From Lepidodermella squamata (taxonomy: Eukaryota; Animalia; Gastrotricha): DNA of 64,000 nucleotides. The translations under genes were made by a program, and so were the position numbers. The notes under the pieces were generated by a model. That model made no database searches and was not told the origin of the DNA. It saw nothing but the letters and a program-made list of their open reading frames with translations. The stretch covers positions 3,224,001-3,288,000 of the forward strand of contig JBLDXI010000054.1 in NCBI GenBank assembly GCA_047495785.1, written 5' to 3'. This document shows positions 26,632 to 38,763 of the stretch, one piece after another. Position 1 is the stretch's first letter, and each line of letters opens with the position of its first letter.

Positions 26632-27823
26632 ATGGCTGATGATAGCTTACCATACATTTACGGATTAGAGCTCCCTACTAGGGCGCTGGCAGCCTCGAAA
26701 GCAGACGAGGATAGCATTGTGTTTTTCATCGGCACACAGTCTTTACGGAGTGAGAATCAATTGGTTAGCGTCACGTTCGATGAAGATTTCCAGACTTCAG
26801 TTCCTGTAATTTACAATCACTCTTGTGGAGAGATATGGCGGATCACTTCTTCGCCATCAGACAAACTGGTTGTATCAACTTTGTATAATTCGTACGAAAA
26901 TTCGACTCTGAAGAGTCATTGCAGGGTCTGGAAGATCCCAATTTTCGATGAAGATATGTGCAGTTCGCCCAACGATTCGCTGTCCCAAAGTGCGAACTTA
27001 ACATCATTAGCCATGTTTGATGGTTCCAAATGCTCAACTATTCTCTCCAATTGTTGGCATCCAGAAGACGGAAGTAAAATGGCTGTATTCACCGGTGAAT
27101 CGGTGTATATTTGGAATGTTGACACCGAATCACAAACAAAGCTGACCGATTTCTCTTCTCGTTCGCATACCCATGTATACTCTGGGGCTTGGAGTCCGCA
27201 TCGCCGCGGCGCAGAAATCTACGTGCTTAGTGATTCAGCGTTGAAAATAATTGATGCTAACAGTGGTCTTCAAGTTGAGTCGCTTGAGAATTGCCACAAC
27301 GCTCAAATCCGCGATATTGATTTCAATCCATTCGATGAATTTTCCTTTGTCACTTGCGGTGACGATTGCACTACTCGATTCTGGGACAGAAGGCGGCTGA
27401 ATGAACCACTCAGAATTCAACGCGATCATTCTCATTGGGTTTGGAAAGTTCGGTGAGCATTTTAGTTTTTATTTGGTATCTATTTCACATAATTTTTGTA
27501 GCTACAACCTGTTGCACGACGAACTGATTCTGTCTTCCTCAAGCGATGGTCAAGTCCTGCTTAGTAATTTCGCGTCGATATCATCTCAATCATCAATCGC
27601 AGCTGTTGACGATAGCACGGATAGCGATGCTGATGCTTCGAATTCGAGAACTGAAGTGTTCGGAGAAGGCGTGCTAAAAAAGTACGAGGATCACGAAGAC
27701 TCAGTTTATGGTGTGGAGTGGTCACCTGCTAACCCATGGTACTTCGCTTCGCTCAGCTATGACGGTCGGCTAGTCATCAATCGAGTGCCACAACATATTT
27801 CTGATGCTATGACTCTAAAATAG
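26632..27823 (+). CDS. EIPR1: EARP/GARP-interacting WD40 protein EIPR1 (TSSC1), 2 exons
   Basis: 'IYGLELPTRAL', 'FFIGTQSLR.ENQ', 'RDIDFNP', 'HSHWVW.VR|YN..HDELIL', 'YEDHEDSVYGVEWSPANPWYFASLSYDGR'. Confidence 0.92.
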
Positions 27824-27948
27824 TCTAAAATAGTGTTCTCGTCTAATATTTATTGGTGAATTGATTTCGCGTTGTTAATGAAATTTATTGCTCTCAATGA
27901 TTTTAATAAAAGGATTTCCATCTTGATCCGATAGATTTTTATAAAGAA

Positions 27949-30614
27949 ATGACTTCGGTTCCTAAAATTGTAAAACTTGAGGAATCTGTTATCAATCGAA
28001 TTGCGGCTGGTGAGGTGGTTCAGCGACCTGCTAACGCGATTAAAGAATTGTTAGAAAATTCGTTGGACGCCGGGGCCACAAATGTGCAGATCACGATCAA
28101 ACAAGGAGGTATAAAATTGCTGCAAATTCAAGACAACGGGCACGGCATTTCTGAAGGCGACATGCCTCTGGTTTGCGAACGTTTCACAACCAGCAAATTA
28201 CGAAAATTTGAAGATTTGAATCAAATCGCCACATTTGGATTCCGCGGCGAAGCTTTAGCGAGTATCAGCCATGTAGCTCGAGTTACGATCACGACTAAAA
28301 CCGCATCGAGTCAGTGCGCTTATAAAGCTAGCTATCTTGATGGAAAGATGACTTCGGAATTGTCGTTTTGTGCCGGTAATACTGGCACTCAAATTCTAGC
28401 GGAAGATGTGTTTTACAACATGCCCACTAGAAGAAATGCATTGCAAAATTATGCAGAGGAGGCGAGACGGTAATTCAATTTTTTTCTTTACCGATAAATA
28501 TGTTTACAAGTTTTTCTCAGAATTTGCGAGGTTGTCCAAAAATACGCCATACATAACTACAAAGTAGCAATTACGCTGAGACGTTTCGATGAAAATGTTC
28601 CAGATGTCAGAACTACAGGAGGATCGAATGCTACGGCCGTTGACGCCATTCGTACCGTTTACGGAAACGAAATTGCGAAGAATCTGCTGCCTGAAATGTC
28701 GATCGAAGACTCGAAATTAGCGTTTTCAGCCCGATGCCTTTGCACAACAGCTAATTATGCTGGAAAGAAAATGGTTTTCTTGCTTTTCATCAACAACCGT
28801 CTTGTCGAGTGCGCGAATTTGAAGCGAGCTGTAGAGCAGATTTACAGTGTTTATCTCCCAAAAAATTCATCTCCATTCGTTTATTTATCCCTGTCTATCG
28901 TTCCGCAAAATCTCGATGTGAATGTCCATCCAACTAAGCAACAGGTTCACTTTTTGTTCGAAGATGAAATCATCGATATGATTAAGCGAACAATCGACAG
29001 TTCGCTGGCGTCCATCAATTCAAGTCGATCGTTCAAGTTGGAAACGTTTAACGCGACCAGCTCATCAGCTGCCATGTCCAGTTTTGCGGATGAACCGCCG
29101 AAAAAGCGCCCGATTTCAACCCCGATAAGTACCCCGCAACCGCCACGCATTAGCAGTAGTGCATCAACAGCTCAACACTCGATTATTCGAGCTGATAATT
29201 CGCAGCAGAAATTGGACAGGTTTTTCAACAATAAACAACCGAGAACTTCGATTGGAACTCCTGCAGCCTCCCTAACTGAGCGGTTTGGTCGTCAAGTTTC
29301 ATCTTCGACTGCAATTCTGACAACAGATGAACCAGAAGCACCTAGTCAAATGGAATCTCAGGAAGAATCTGTTCGCAGTCGTACTTTGGAAACGTTGACG
29401 GATGATATTAGTTTCTACGTTAAACCCAGACGAATATCAGTTGCTGCTAATAACGAACGGCCGCGTGAGCACCCGGTTTCTAGCGATAACGATGAACTGC
29501 TTAATTCGGCTTATGATTCGATGAATAAGACGAAGGAGCTGACAGATGAAATAATGGAAGTTGAACCTGAACCTGAGCCTGAAGTGGTAATGTCTCGGAA
29601 ATCTGAAATTGCTGTCTCGAAACCAGTGGCTCAAGAAATCGCGAAACCTTCAGCGTCTAGGCCGAGTGTTTCCGTTAAAGTTACACCCTTAGTTACCCCT
29701 TCACGCGTACCATCATCTACAAACGTTTCCGTAAAGCCGTTCAAAAAGCGAAACCTTCAATATGATAGCGTCAATGCTTTGAGGAAAGAGGTTAGTCTAA
29801 ACAATTATGAAAACGTTTAGGTTTTTACGTCTTTTTCAGGTCCAAGAGAATTGCCATGACGGGTTATCGAGAATCTTGTCGAATTTCACGTTCGTTGGTT
29901 GTGTTGATTACACATATTCTCTGATCCAGAACGATGCCCACCTGTTGATGGTCGACAATCCGAAGCTCTCGAGTGATTTTTTCTACCAAGCTTTTCTATT
30001 CAACTTTGGAAACATGGGATATATTCGCTTCAGCGGTAAAATTTCTCAAATTTTCAATATTTTTTTAATATTTTTTCCGTAATGCAGAACCTATTTCAAT
30101 CGAAGAACTGGCCCTAATTGCCCTTGAATCTCCTCAATCGGCCTGGAAAGAGGATGACGGTTCAAAGGAAGAGCTTGCCGTATTCTGCCGAGATTTTCTA
30201 ATATCAAAAGCTGCTATGTTGTTCGACTATTACTCAATAGAAATCGACCAAGATGACGGGACAATTCTATCGATACCTCTAGTCATCCCGGACTATGTGC
30301 CGAATCTAGCCAAGTTGCCGTTTTTCATCCTTCACCTCGCTAGTGACGTGAATTGGGAGGCGGAAAAGCCGTGTTTTGCCGATATTTGCTCGCAATTGGC
30401 TAAATTTTACGCAGCAGGCGACGCGCCGTCCTTGTCGCAGCAAGACGCGTTGGAAGATGATGAGTTCAAGCAGCAACTCGAACACGCAATTTTCATTCAG
30501 ATCAAACAGCTGATATCGTCAAATTATTTTCCGTCGAAAAAGCTCTCAGAATCTGCAGCAGTTGTTGAAGTGACTTCATTGCATGAACTGTACAAAGTTT
30601 TCGAACGTTGTTAA
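27949..30614 (+). CDS. MLH1: DNA mismatch repair protein MutL homolog 1
   Basis: '[27 protein letters not shown]', '[16 protein letters not shown]', 'DVNVHPTK', and C-terminal 'LYKVFERC'. Confidence 0.97.
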
Positions 30615-30705
30615 TAAGTTTTATCCAAGCCTTTCTACTCGAGTGATTTGATGACAATAAACAGATTATCTAGTCATTTCAATTTAGAAAATTGATAGTT
30701 GAATA

Positions 30706-33418
30706 ATGTCGGTTTCTGAAATTGAGCATTTTGAAGAAACGCTTGATTTAAGCAGTGATAGCGTTTTCGAAAGCGCTCGTCATCAAAATGTGAAAAGCGA
30801 GCCAGCTGAACAACCTGCGAAAGAAGAGCCGAAGTCTGAGCCTTCGAAGGCCGTTCAAGTCGTTTGCTTGGGCGATAAAGGCTTCTTGTTGAACGAAGAA
30901 GCTTTGCGTTCGATTTTACTCCAAGAATCCGTTCGAAATCGACCTGTTGTAGTTTTATCGATCGCTGGCAGTTTCCGATCCGGCAAATCCTTTCTGCTGA
31001 ATTTCGTTTTAAGATACTTGAGCCTCTTGGAGGAAAACGGTTCGGTCGACGAAAATTGGGTTTCAGACCTGAGGGACGGCTTCGAATGGAGAAGTGGCGT
31101 GGAACGAGTTACTACTGGCATCTGGCTTTGGAATCACCCTTTTATTTGCAAAATACCCGATATCGGCGAAGTAGCTGTCTTGGTTATGGACTCGCAAGGT
31201 CTCTACGATAGGCAGACCTCGAAAAAGGACTGCTGCAACATTTTCGCCCTGTCAGCTCTTGTTTCTTCCATTCAAATTCACAATCTTCAAAACCGGTTGC
31301 AATCGAATGACTTCGAGAGTTTACAATTTTTGGGCGAATATGCGAAACTTATGCTTGATTCTGAGTCGAAACGAGCGCCGTTTCACCGCCTCAACCTTCT
31401 GGTTCGCGATTGGCAGCTGAGCGACGATTTTGGCTGGGAAAGCGGTAAAGAAGCGTTGACGTCTTTCCTGGAAAGTGACGCTTGCCCTGAAACTAAAGCC
31501 CTGTTAGATGGCATTCGAGCTTCTTTTGAGAAAATCGACTGTTTCTTGATGCCTTACCCCGGCAAGAAAGTAGCGACTGGCCGCGGGTTTACCGGGTTTA
31601 ACATCCGACATTGATGACGATTTTGTGGCCAGCATTCGTCAATACATCCCAGCCCTAGTCTCGCCTGATAGAATGATCGTGAAAACCGTGAGTGGAAACC
31701 GGGTGAATGGGCGAGAGCTGTTCAATTTATTCAAAAGTTACGCCAATGCCTTCACCGGGTCGAAGCTGCCGGAACCCAAGGCTCTATTCAACTGCCTGGT
31801 TGAGGCTACGAATACGAATGCTGTTTACGAGGCTGAACAGGTCTACAGCGCTAAGATGGAGAAAATTATCAAAGATAAGCCACTCCCGAGTCAAAAACTG
31901 ATTGAAGCAAACAAGGCCATTAAAACCGAAGTATTCGAACTTTTCGAAAGGTTCTCAAGAGCTTGGTGAAAATTACGGTTTTATATTGCGATAATTTTTC
32001 AGTGTTAAGAAGATGGGCAACAAGGATCAAAGTGCCCCGTTCCAAGCACGGCTTGAAACTTTTATGGCTAAAAAGTTTGACGAAGTCTACGAGCAGAACA
32101 AAAAGTACGCAATATTGTGAACATGTAAAATTAAATCTTAGACTTAATGCAGGAAAGCGGCTATGTCGATCAAGTTGCTGAAATCGAAAGCTGAGGCCGT
32201 GTTCAAAACGTCAATGAACGACATACTGGGGCGACCTGCACAGCACTTGTCGAATGAAGATCTTACTTCAAAGCATGATGGCATTTGTAGTCGCGTTCGA
32301 GGAATTTTCAATGAGTAATCTTTTCACCTTATTGTTAACAATTCAAAAATGGGGTTTAGGGACTTATCTAACACATTGCAAGTGGTCTAGACTTGAAACG
32401 TCTCGAGAACGATTCTTGGCCTTCAATAGGCCCTGAACTAATTTTTCTTGCAAATTTCCAGTTTCTACTAAATTTCTATCATTCTCAGAAAAAATCCGAA
32501 AATCCTCCAAAATTTGCCAGTTTTACCGATTTAGGTTGGCGTGAAGACACTGGTGTAATCCTGCTAAAATTACCGATAATATAGCGAAATTTCACCGAAA
32601 AATAGCCCATAGCAGAAATCGACTGAAAGAGCAATAAAATTTGTGAGGCGGATGTGTTCCAAAATTGAATTTTTGAGCGCGCCTTGAATTTTCTGAAATT
32701 AGCAATATACCATGTAGTCAAATTTCTCAATGACCCTGGTGGGTAATATCGTCAAAATCTGATGATTTCCTCAACTTGTCACTTGTCAACGGTCTAATTG
32801 CTTTATTTGGATTTTCCTGATTTTTTAAGGGCGATCGAACTGGGCGCAGAAAGCGATTGGATGGTGGAAATGTTCGAAAACGGCCTGAAGCAGGCTAAAG
32901 CCGATAACGAGCTGATCTTAGCCCGCCAGAAGCAGCGTGAAGCCGAAGCTACGGCAGCGCGAGCCTCGGCCGAGCGAGAAGTTATCGCCGCTCGTTTGGC
33001 TGAAGTGCAGCGTCAAAATCAGGAACGCGAAGCCGAGCTTGCGACTTTGAACTCTCGTCTGTCGCAGCTTTCAGTCAGCTCATCATCGTCTTCGTCTCGC
33101 AATGACAGCGGTCTTGCTTACTCGCCGTACGCCGCCTCGCCATTCAGCCCGGCTAGAAGCTCGACCCCAGCGAATTACTTGAACGTACCGTCTCAGTCGA
33201 GTTACTACACGCCCTCAACGCCGTCCGGTATGTCGAATAGCAGTCGGTCGAGCCGGTCAAGCTCGCAAGCTGCTCCTGCCTCGCCTTTCAACGTGCCACC
33301 GGGTAAGACCTATGTCAGTGGCTACACGAAAGCGAATGGCACGGTCGTTCAGGGTTATTACCGCACTGCTCGAAGTGCTAACACCTCAAGATCGTCCAAC
33401 AGCAGCCGTTTCGGTTGA
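30706..33418 (+). CDS. Atlastin/GBP-family large GTPase without transmembrane helices; one-base frame break near 31596
   Basis: P-loop 'SIAGSFRSGKSFLLN', 'RVTTGIWLW', 'MDSQG', 'LVRDW', 'CFLMPYPG', helical bundle 'VKKMG'; later exons encode a second helical segment, a coiled coil and a Ser-rich tail. Confidence 0.8.
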
Positions 33419-34874
33419 CAGGGGCCATGCTAGATATTCATAGCATGAAGCTGGATTTTTGACTGAATCTGTTCGTTTTTCTGTACTATACAAAGTTTAT
33501 CAAACATAATTTTCCTTCATCTCATACTTGCTCACTGATGATAACCCGGTTTCTGAGGTTCAACTACTGTTGTGAATAAAATTCATATATTTCGTATGTG
33601 TTTGCTCATGAATCAACTCATGTTGATCCGCATTTTGACGTCAATTCTGATGATTGATTCCTGAAAAAATCGAGAATGGCTGGTCATGTAAGCATTTCTC
33701 AAGAAGTCGAAGGAAAATCCTATATAAGGAGCGTAATAGATTGCCTCCTTCAGTTCAGAAATGGGTGAATTCTGGCTATTGCAAAGATTTCTTTACAGTG
33801 CTCAACGAAGTGGAGTGAAGGTTTCTTATCGCATCCTTGGCATTTCAACTGTGGCCTGTTTAGGCGGAACTCCTTGCCAGGTGCACTTTTACTCCATGTA
33901 ATTTTAGCAGTTTCACACTGATAAGAAAAGCGATACGAAAAGGTCCGGGCGTGGTGGCGGCAAGCGCAATTTACTTATGGTCAAATTTTAGATCGTGCGC
34001 AAACCAGCTTACATGCGGTTCCCAGAATCTGTTTTTGTACCATTCAACCACAGAAAACTTTGTTGAGATTTATCGCAATGCAAAAGGGATTGTGGAGCCT
34101 TAGGGAAAATAACTTTTCAGGTAACTTTTCTGAATGGTCTGTACAAGGCAAACTAAGTAAGAAAAGAGCATCGAGTGCTGAGCATAAGCCAGGTGAAATC
34201 GCCATCTTTAGTAATGTAACCATCAGCCAAGCCTACTCCAAAACCGAGCTATTTAGTGAACTGTAAATACTGCACACTATTTCGTGCGTTAGCGTGTGTG
34301 AAGCTGAATGAAGTGTGACAGGCAGGTTTTTTTTCATACCTATGCACCTGAACATTGCTGAGCTCGGTAAAGCTGTAATTGGCTACCAAACGGCCTTTCT
34401 TACAGCTAATTTCAGCTGACCAGTTTTTTCAGCTTTTTCTCATAGATATGCTCGTTGAAAACTGCGCTCAAGCCCTATTTATGAAAACCGACTTTAATCT
34501 TGCAAAGCTCATCAATTGGTTTTAGACTTCATGACAAGTTTTAGACCATTTCACCATAGCAGCGGGATAATTTGCCATTAACATGATTTTTCGAAATTGA
34601 CTTTTTGAAGTTCCTTGCTTAGTAAGGTTACGGCGGATCTTCTTGTGAAATCCATGTTTCAAAATTCCACCGGAAACATGATGTCCCATTTACCATCCAG
34701 GCACTCGCTATAATTATTTTATGGTTAAATGTACCATTTACACTGTATATGAAATGGCGGCACATAAAATATACAAAAAATGGCACATTATCCCGCTGAG
34801 CTGACGATTTCATAACTTCATAAGATGACCTAAACATTTGAGGAATTTTTTAAACATGTATTGCGATTAGTAAC

Positions 34875-37123
34875 ATGGAGCCAGCCAAAACTAAAAAACC
34901 CAATTCAAATGGCCCAGCATCGACGACTGGGAAAGACGGCTCAAATAAATCCGACCCGGCCAAGCCAGCGAAGAAGAAGGAAGACAAAGCTAAAGACCCC
35001 AAGCCGCCAAAGGCACCAAAGGCTGAGGGCACAAAGCCGAAGAAGGATGACAACGCCAAGAAGGAAAATCAAGGTCAAAAACCTGCAAAGGAGCCAGGAA
35101 ACCGGAAGAAAACTCCGAAGTCAGAGAAGCAACATGATGGAAATGCTGCATCTGGAGCTAAAACGCGTCGTAAATCTTCCGGTAATAAAAGACCGAAATC
35201 AACCGGGGAAAATCAGCAACAAGGCAAAACCGCCGCTCATGCTCCTACATCGCGAACAGCTGTAGCCGGATTCTTGGGTCAAGTTTTCGGAGCTGTTTTG
35301 AGTTCTTTCTCGGAACAGCTGAGTCTCAACGTCAATTTATCAAGTCCGCAGCAGAATGCCCGGAGTGCCAATCAACCCGCGCAAGTGGCTCCGCCTGAGC
35401 CCAAAAGAGTAACCGTGGAAATAGGCGAGGTAACTGTTCCGAAAACAGCCGTTGGTTTTGTCATCGGCACTCAGGGTGCGACAATCAAGGTAATGCGCCT
35501 TCACTGCTTTTAAGCAGATTATTGAGGTGTTTTATTTTGTAAGGCTATTGCCGAGAGAACCCATACATCAATCAAGACACCTGTGAGAAATGGTCCTCAA
35601 ACTTTTGTCATCACAGGGTCAAAGGAAAACGTCGAGGCTGCGTGCAAGGAAATTCGAGACGTAGCGGCGCGTGCGAAAACAGTGGTTCCATATAAGAAGT
35701 CGATAACTGTTCCAGGCCACATGGTAGACTCGATTATAGGTCTTTATATCTTTCCTTCTCTTTATTATCTTTACTTCTTTATAAATAGGCGAGCAGCGTA
35801 AAAACATTATTGATTTGGCTGTAAAAACGCAAACTAGAATTATACCGCCAAAGCCTGGAGAATCACCTACTTTCGTAATCACGGGCAAGCAGAGTGGAGT
35901 AGACAAAGCCCATTTTTGCATTGGAAAACTGGTTGAGAGTTTATCAACAAGCAATCAAGCTGAAAAGTTGATCGTTGTCGAGGAAGACGACGATTCTACA
36001 GCTGAAGGCTCATCTTCCGACGAGGAAACCGATTCGGATGAGACAAGTGAGGAAGGATCAAGTAGCGATGAGGAGGATTCCGATGCAGATCCTGAACCGG
36101 AAACTTCTACGGCAGAAATAAAGCCAGTCGCCGAAACAGCAATTGCAGCCCCGAACACAGGAATTGATAAAAAGTCTCAGACCGCAATTCTGATTCAGAA
36201 TGTCAACACTTCGGCAACTGAAAAACAGCTACAAGACTTTTTCTCAGCCTGTGGCAAAGTGAAATCGATTGAAATTATGAAGCACAAAACGACCAATGTG
36301 CCTGTTGGGTTGGCTCCGAAATTTTCTCAAATCAATTTTTCTAGCCTATATTTTTTGATAGAAATGCAGTCATAGATTTCGATGATCAAGATTCCTTTTC
36401 AAAAGCACTGGAGCTCAGTAAAGCGGAGTTTTTAGGAAAGAAAATAACTATTTCACCCAGATTTTCGAAGACACCTAGCAGCAGCAGTATTGCCGCGACC
36501 AAGCCCCCTCAAGCCACAGTAACGTAAGGAATTTGAACTAACTTGAAATTACTTTATTATTCTTAGAATATTTCAGGGTGAAGCGCCATATTGTCATCGA
36601 TGCCGACAACGTTTGCATGGCCCACGGAAGAGGAAAAGTGTACTCTGGACGGGGTCTGGAGCTGGCGGTGCAATATTTCGAGAGTAAAGGTCATAAAGTA
36701 TTGGCCATCGTACCGGAGGAGAAATTGCGCTGTCCTCCCGACTTTCAGCAATATCGAGTCGAAGGTCAGGACATACTGTGCCGGCTAGAAATGGCTGGAA
36801 ATTTAGTGGTGGTGCCTAGGAAGAAACTAGCCGATGGCTCTACGGTCAAACCTTACGCTGACCTTTTGACGGTAAAATATGCTTACGAAGAGGATGGGGT
36901 TATCATTTCCAACGACAACATGATCGATGTGATTGAGAAATACCCTCAGTACAAGGATGTGGTTGAAAACAGGCGGATCATGTTCGCTTTTGCGTTGGAT
37001 AAATTTATGATCGTTGACGATCCGAATGGACGTGCTGGTATGGAGACGGCAGACTTGCTGAGTTATGAAAAGCGCGTCGAAGCCGCTAAGCCCGCACATC
37101 CGGATTTGATTTCATTCATCTAA
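34875..37123 (+). CDS. Lys-rich N-terminus, two MEX-3-like KH domains, acidic linker, RRM and Zc3h12a/Regnase-type NYN(PIN) ribonuclease domain
   Basis: KH 'VPKTAVGFVIGTQGATIK|AIAERTHT..FVITG', a second KH, RRM 'ILIQNVNTSATEKQLQDFFSACGKVKSIEI', NYN 'IVIDADNVCMAHG...YFESKGH...IISNDNMID'. Exons are joined by about 50-nt GT-AG introns. Confidence 0.8.
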
Positions 37124-38061
37124 ATATATTTTCGGAGGAAAAAATAACTGATATCGGAAATAATTGTTGTCTTGTTGCCTACAAATGGAAAAATTGATTG
37201 TCTAATAAACTTACCTTTTTTGTGAAGCTATCTGCAACTGACAGAACACTGTGCTAACTTGTTATGGAGGTTGCTTACATCGCTTTTCAAAATAATCTTA
37301 TTATTTTTGTTGCATTGGCGCTTTAATGAAATCTTCAACCGGCAACGGCTCCGACGCCGGAAACGCTGATCACTGGCTTATGCTCAGAAACCAAGTTTCC
37401 GAAGTTTCTGAACGGTGGAAAGCTATTTTTGTAGGTAATATTATAGTGCTGTAACAATACTGATCCGTTTTGCGACCCAGTCAGAAGACTATTCCGGTGA
37501 CATTAACCCTCAGCCTCATCATCGGCCCTTTTGTAGCTACTGTAGTATTTATATCTGCCCCATTGCCAAAATTCGAAATTATTTGGACTGTTGGTGAGTG
37601 AAGCTATGGTCAACTCGCAAAATGAACGATTTTCTGCTGAAATGGATAATGTTGCAATAAATTTTGTTTACCGCAGAAGTTCAGCAAGATTTTCAATAGG
37701 CATTTGTAAAATGAGATAGTAGAAGGCTACTATTCACTGGAAATCCTGTTCGATTTTTTTCGGCCGAAGAAAACCACAAAATTCCTTCTCAGTACTTTGA
37801 ACATTGCGGTAGTAACAACTCATTTGCATCTGATCTTCCAGCCCGATCACCGCGTCAATGTTACTTTGAAACCCTTCAAGGGTCCTGTATGATACCCTTG
37901 GACAAAATATTGTTCCCCGAACGTTGAAGGCAAAAACAAGGTGTTGCAATGTGGTTCTTTCATTTTTACTCGGTTATTATACTCAACAGCACTCCTCATA
38001 ATTTTTTAAAGAAGAACTCTCATCATCCACCGTGTAACGGCAACGAAGCAGCAGCACGTGT

Positions 38062-38648
38062 TCAATGGAAGAAAGTCGACGGCCGAGAAGCGGTGAAGCG
38101 CGGGGCGTGCAGGCGACGGTTGACGACGCGAGGCAGAGGGAACTTGACGTTCTTGTCCAAGAACTGCTTGAGATGAGGGCGACGCACCTTGTCGTCGGCC
38201 AACGGCTCAACACGGATGATCGAGATGGCGTCGGCCTGGGCACGATGTTGACCACCCATCTCACGGTCTAGAATAATTCGAGAAAATAGCTTTTATAATT
38301 AGATGAAACTCAATTAAACTTACACAACTGCGTCACGGCGCCGGACGAGGTGACGTCGCGGAACTCCTTGTACATGTTGTGTTCGGCGGTCTTGGAGCGG
38401 TAACGCAGCCAGATGCCGAAAGTTTTCACCTTCGAGGGGTTTTCATTGATGCGCTTGCACGCGATGATCTCGCCGGTCGCCTTCTTCATTTTACGCATTT
38501 GCTTGAGGAAATGCCAGAACCGCGACTTGGCGACGACGTGATCTGGGGCGTAGAGGCGCATTTGGTAGACGGTCGGGTGCAACGTCTTTTCGGTCGGGAG
38601 CGCACGTCCAACAACCTTGTACTGGATGAGTTGGCCACGGAACCGCAT
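38062..38648 (-). CDS. RPL18A: 60S ribosomal protein L18a (eL20), 2 exons
   Basis: '[10 protein letters not shown]...[11 protein letters not shown]...GIWLRYRS...HNMYKEFRD', 'KVKFPLP'-like segment and C-terminal 'RPSTFF'; strong GC3 codon bias. Confidence 0.96.
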
Positions 38649-38763
38649 TGTCAACTAAGCTTAATAGCCCTAAAAATCAAGCATAATAATCAATTAATCA
38701 AATGGCAAGCTAATCAATTATTTCACGAATAGAACAAAATTATCAAGACAAGAAATGCATAAA

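Noticed and set aside
29050-29750. Long low-complexity linker in MLH1
   Set aside because: The MutL interdomain linker normally varies in length and sequence.
33944-33975. CCGGGCGTGGTGGCG resembling the 5' end of SRP (7SL) RNA
   Set aside because: Similarity stops after about 15 nt; no Alu or S domain follows.
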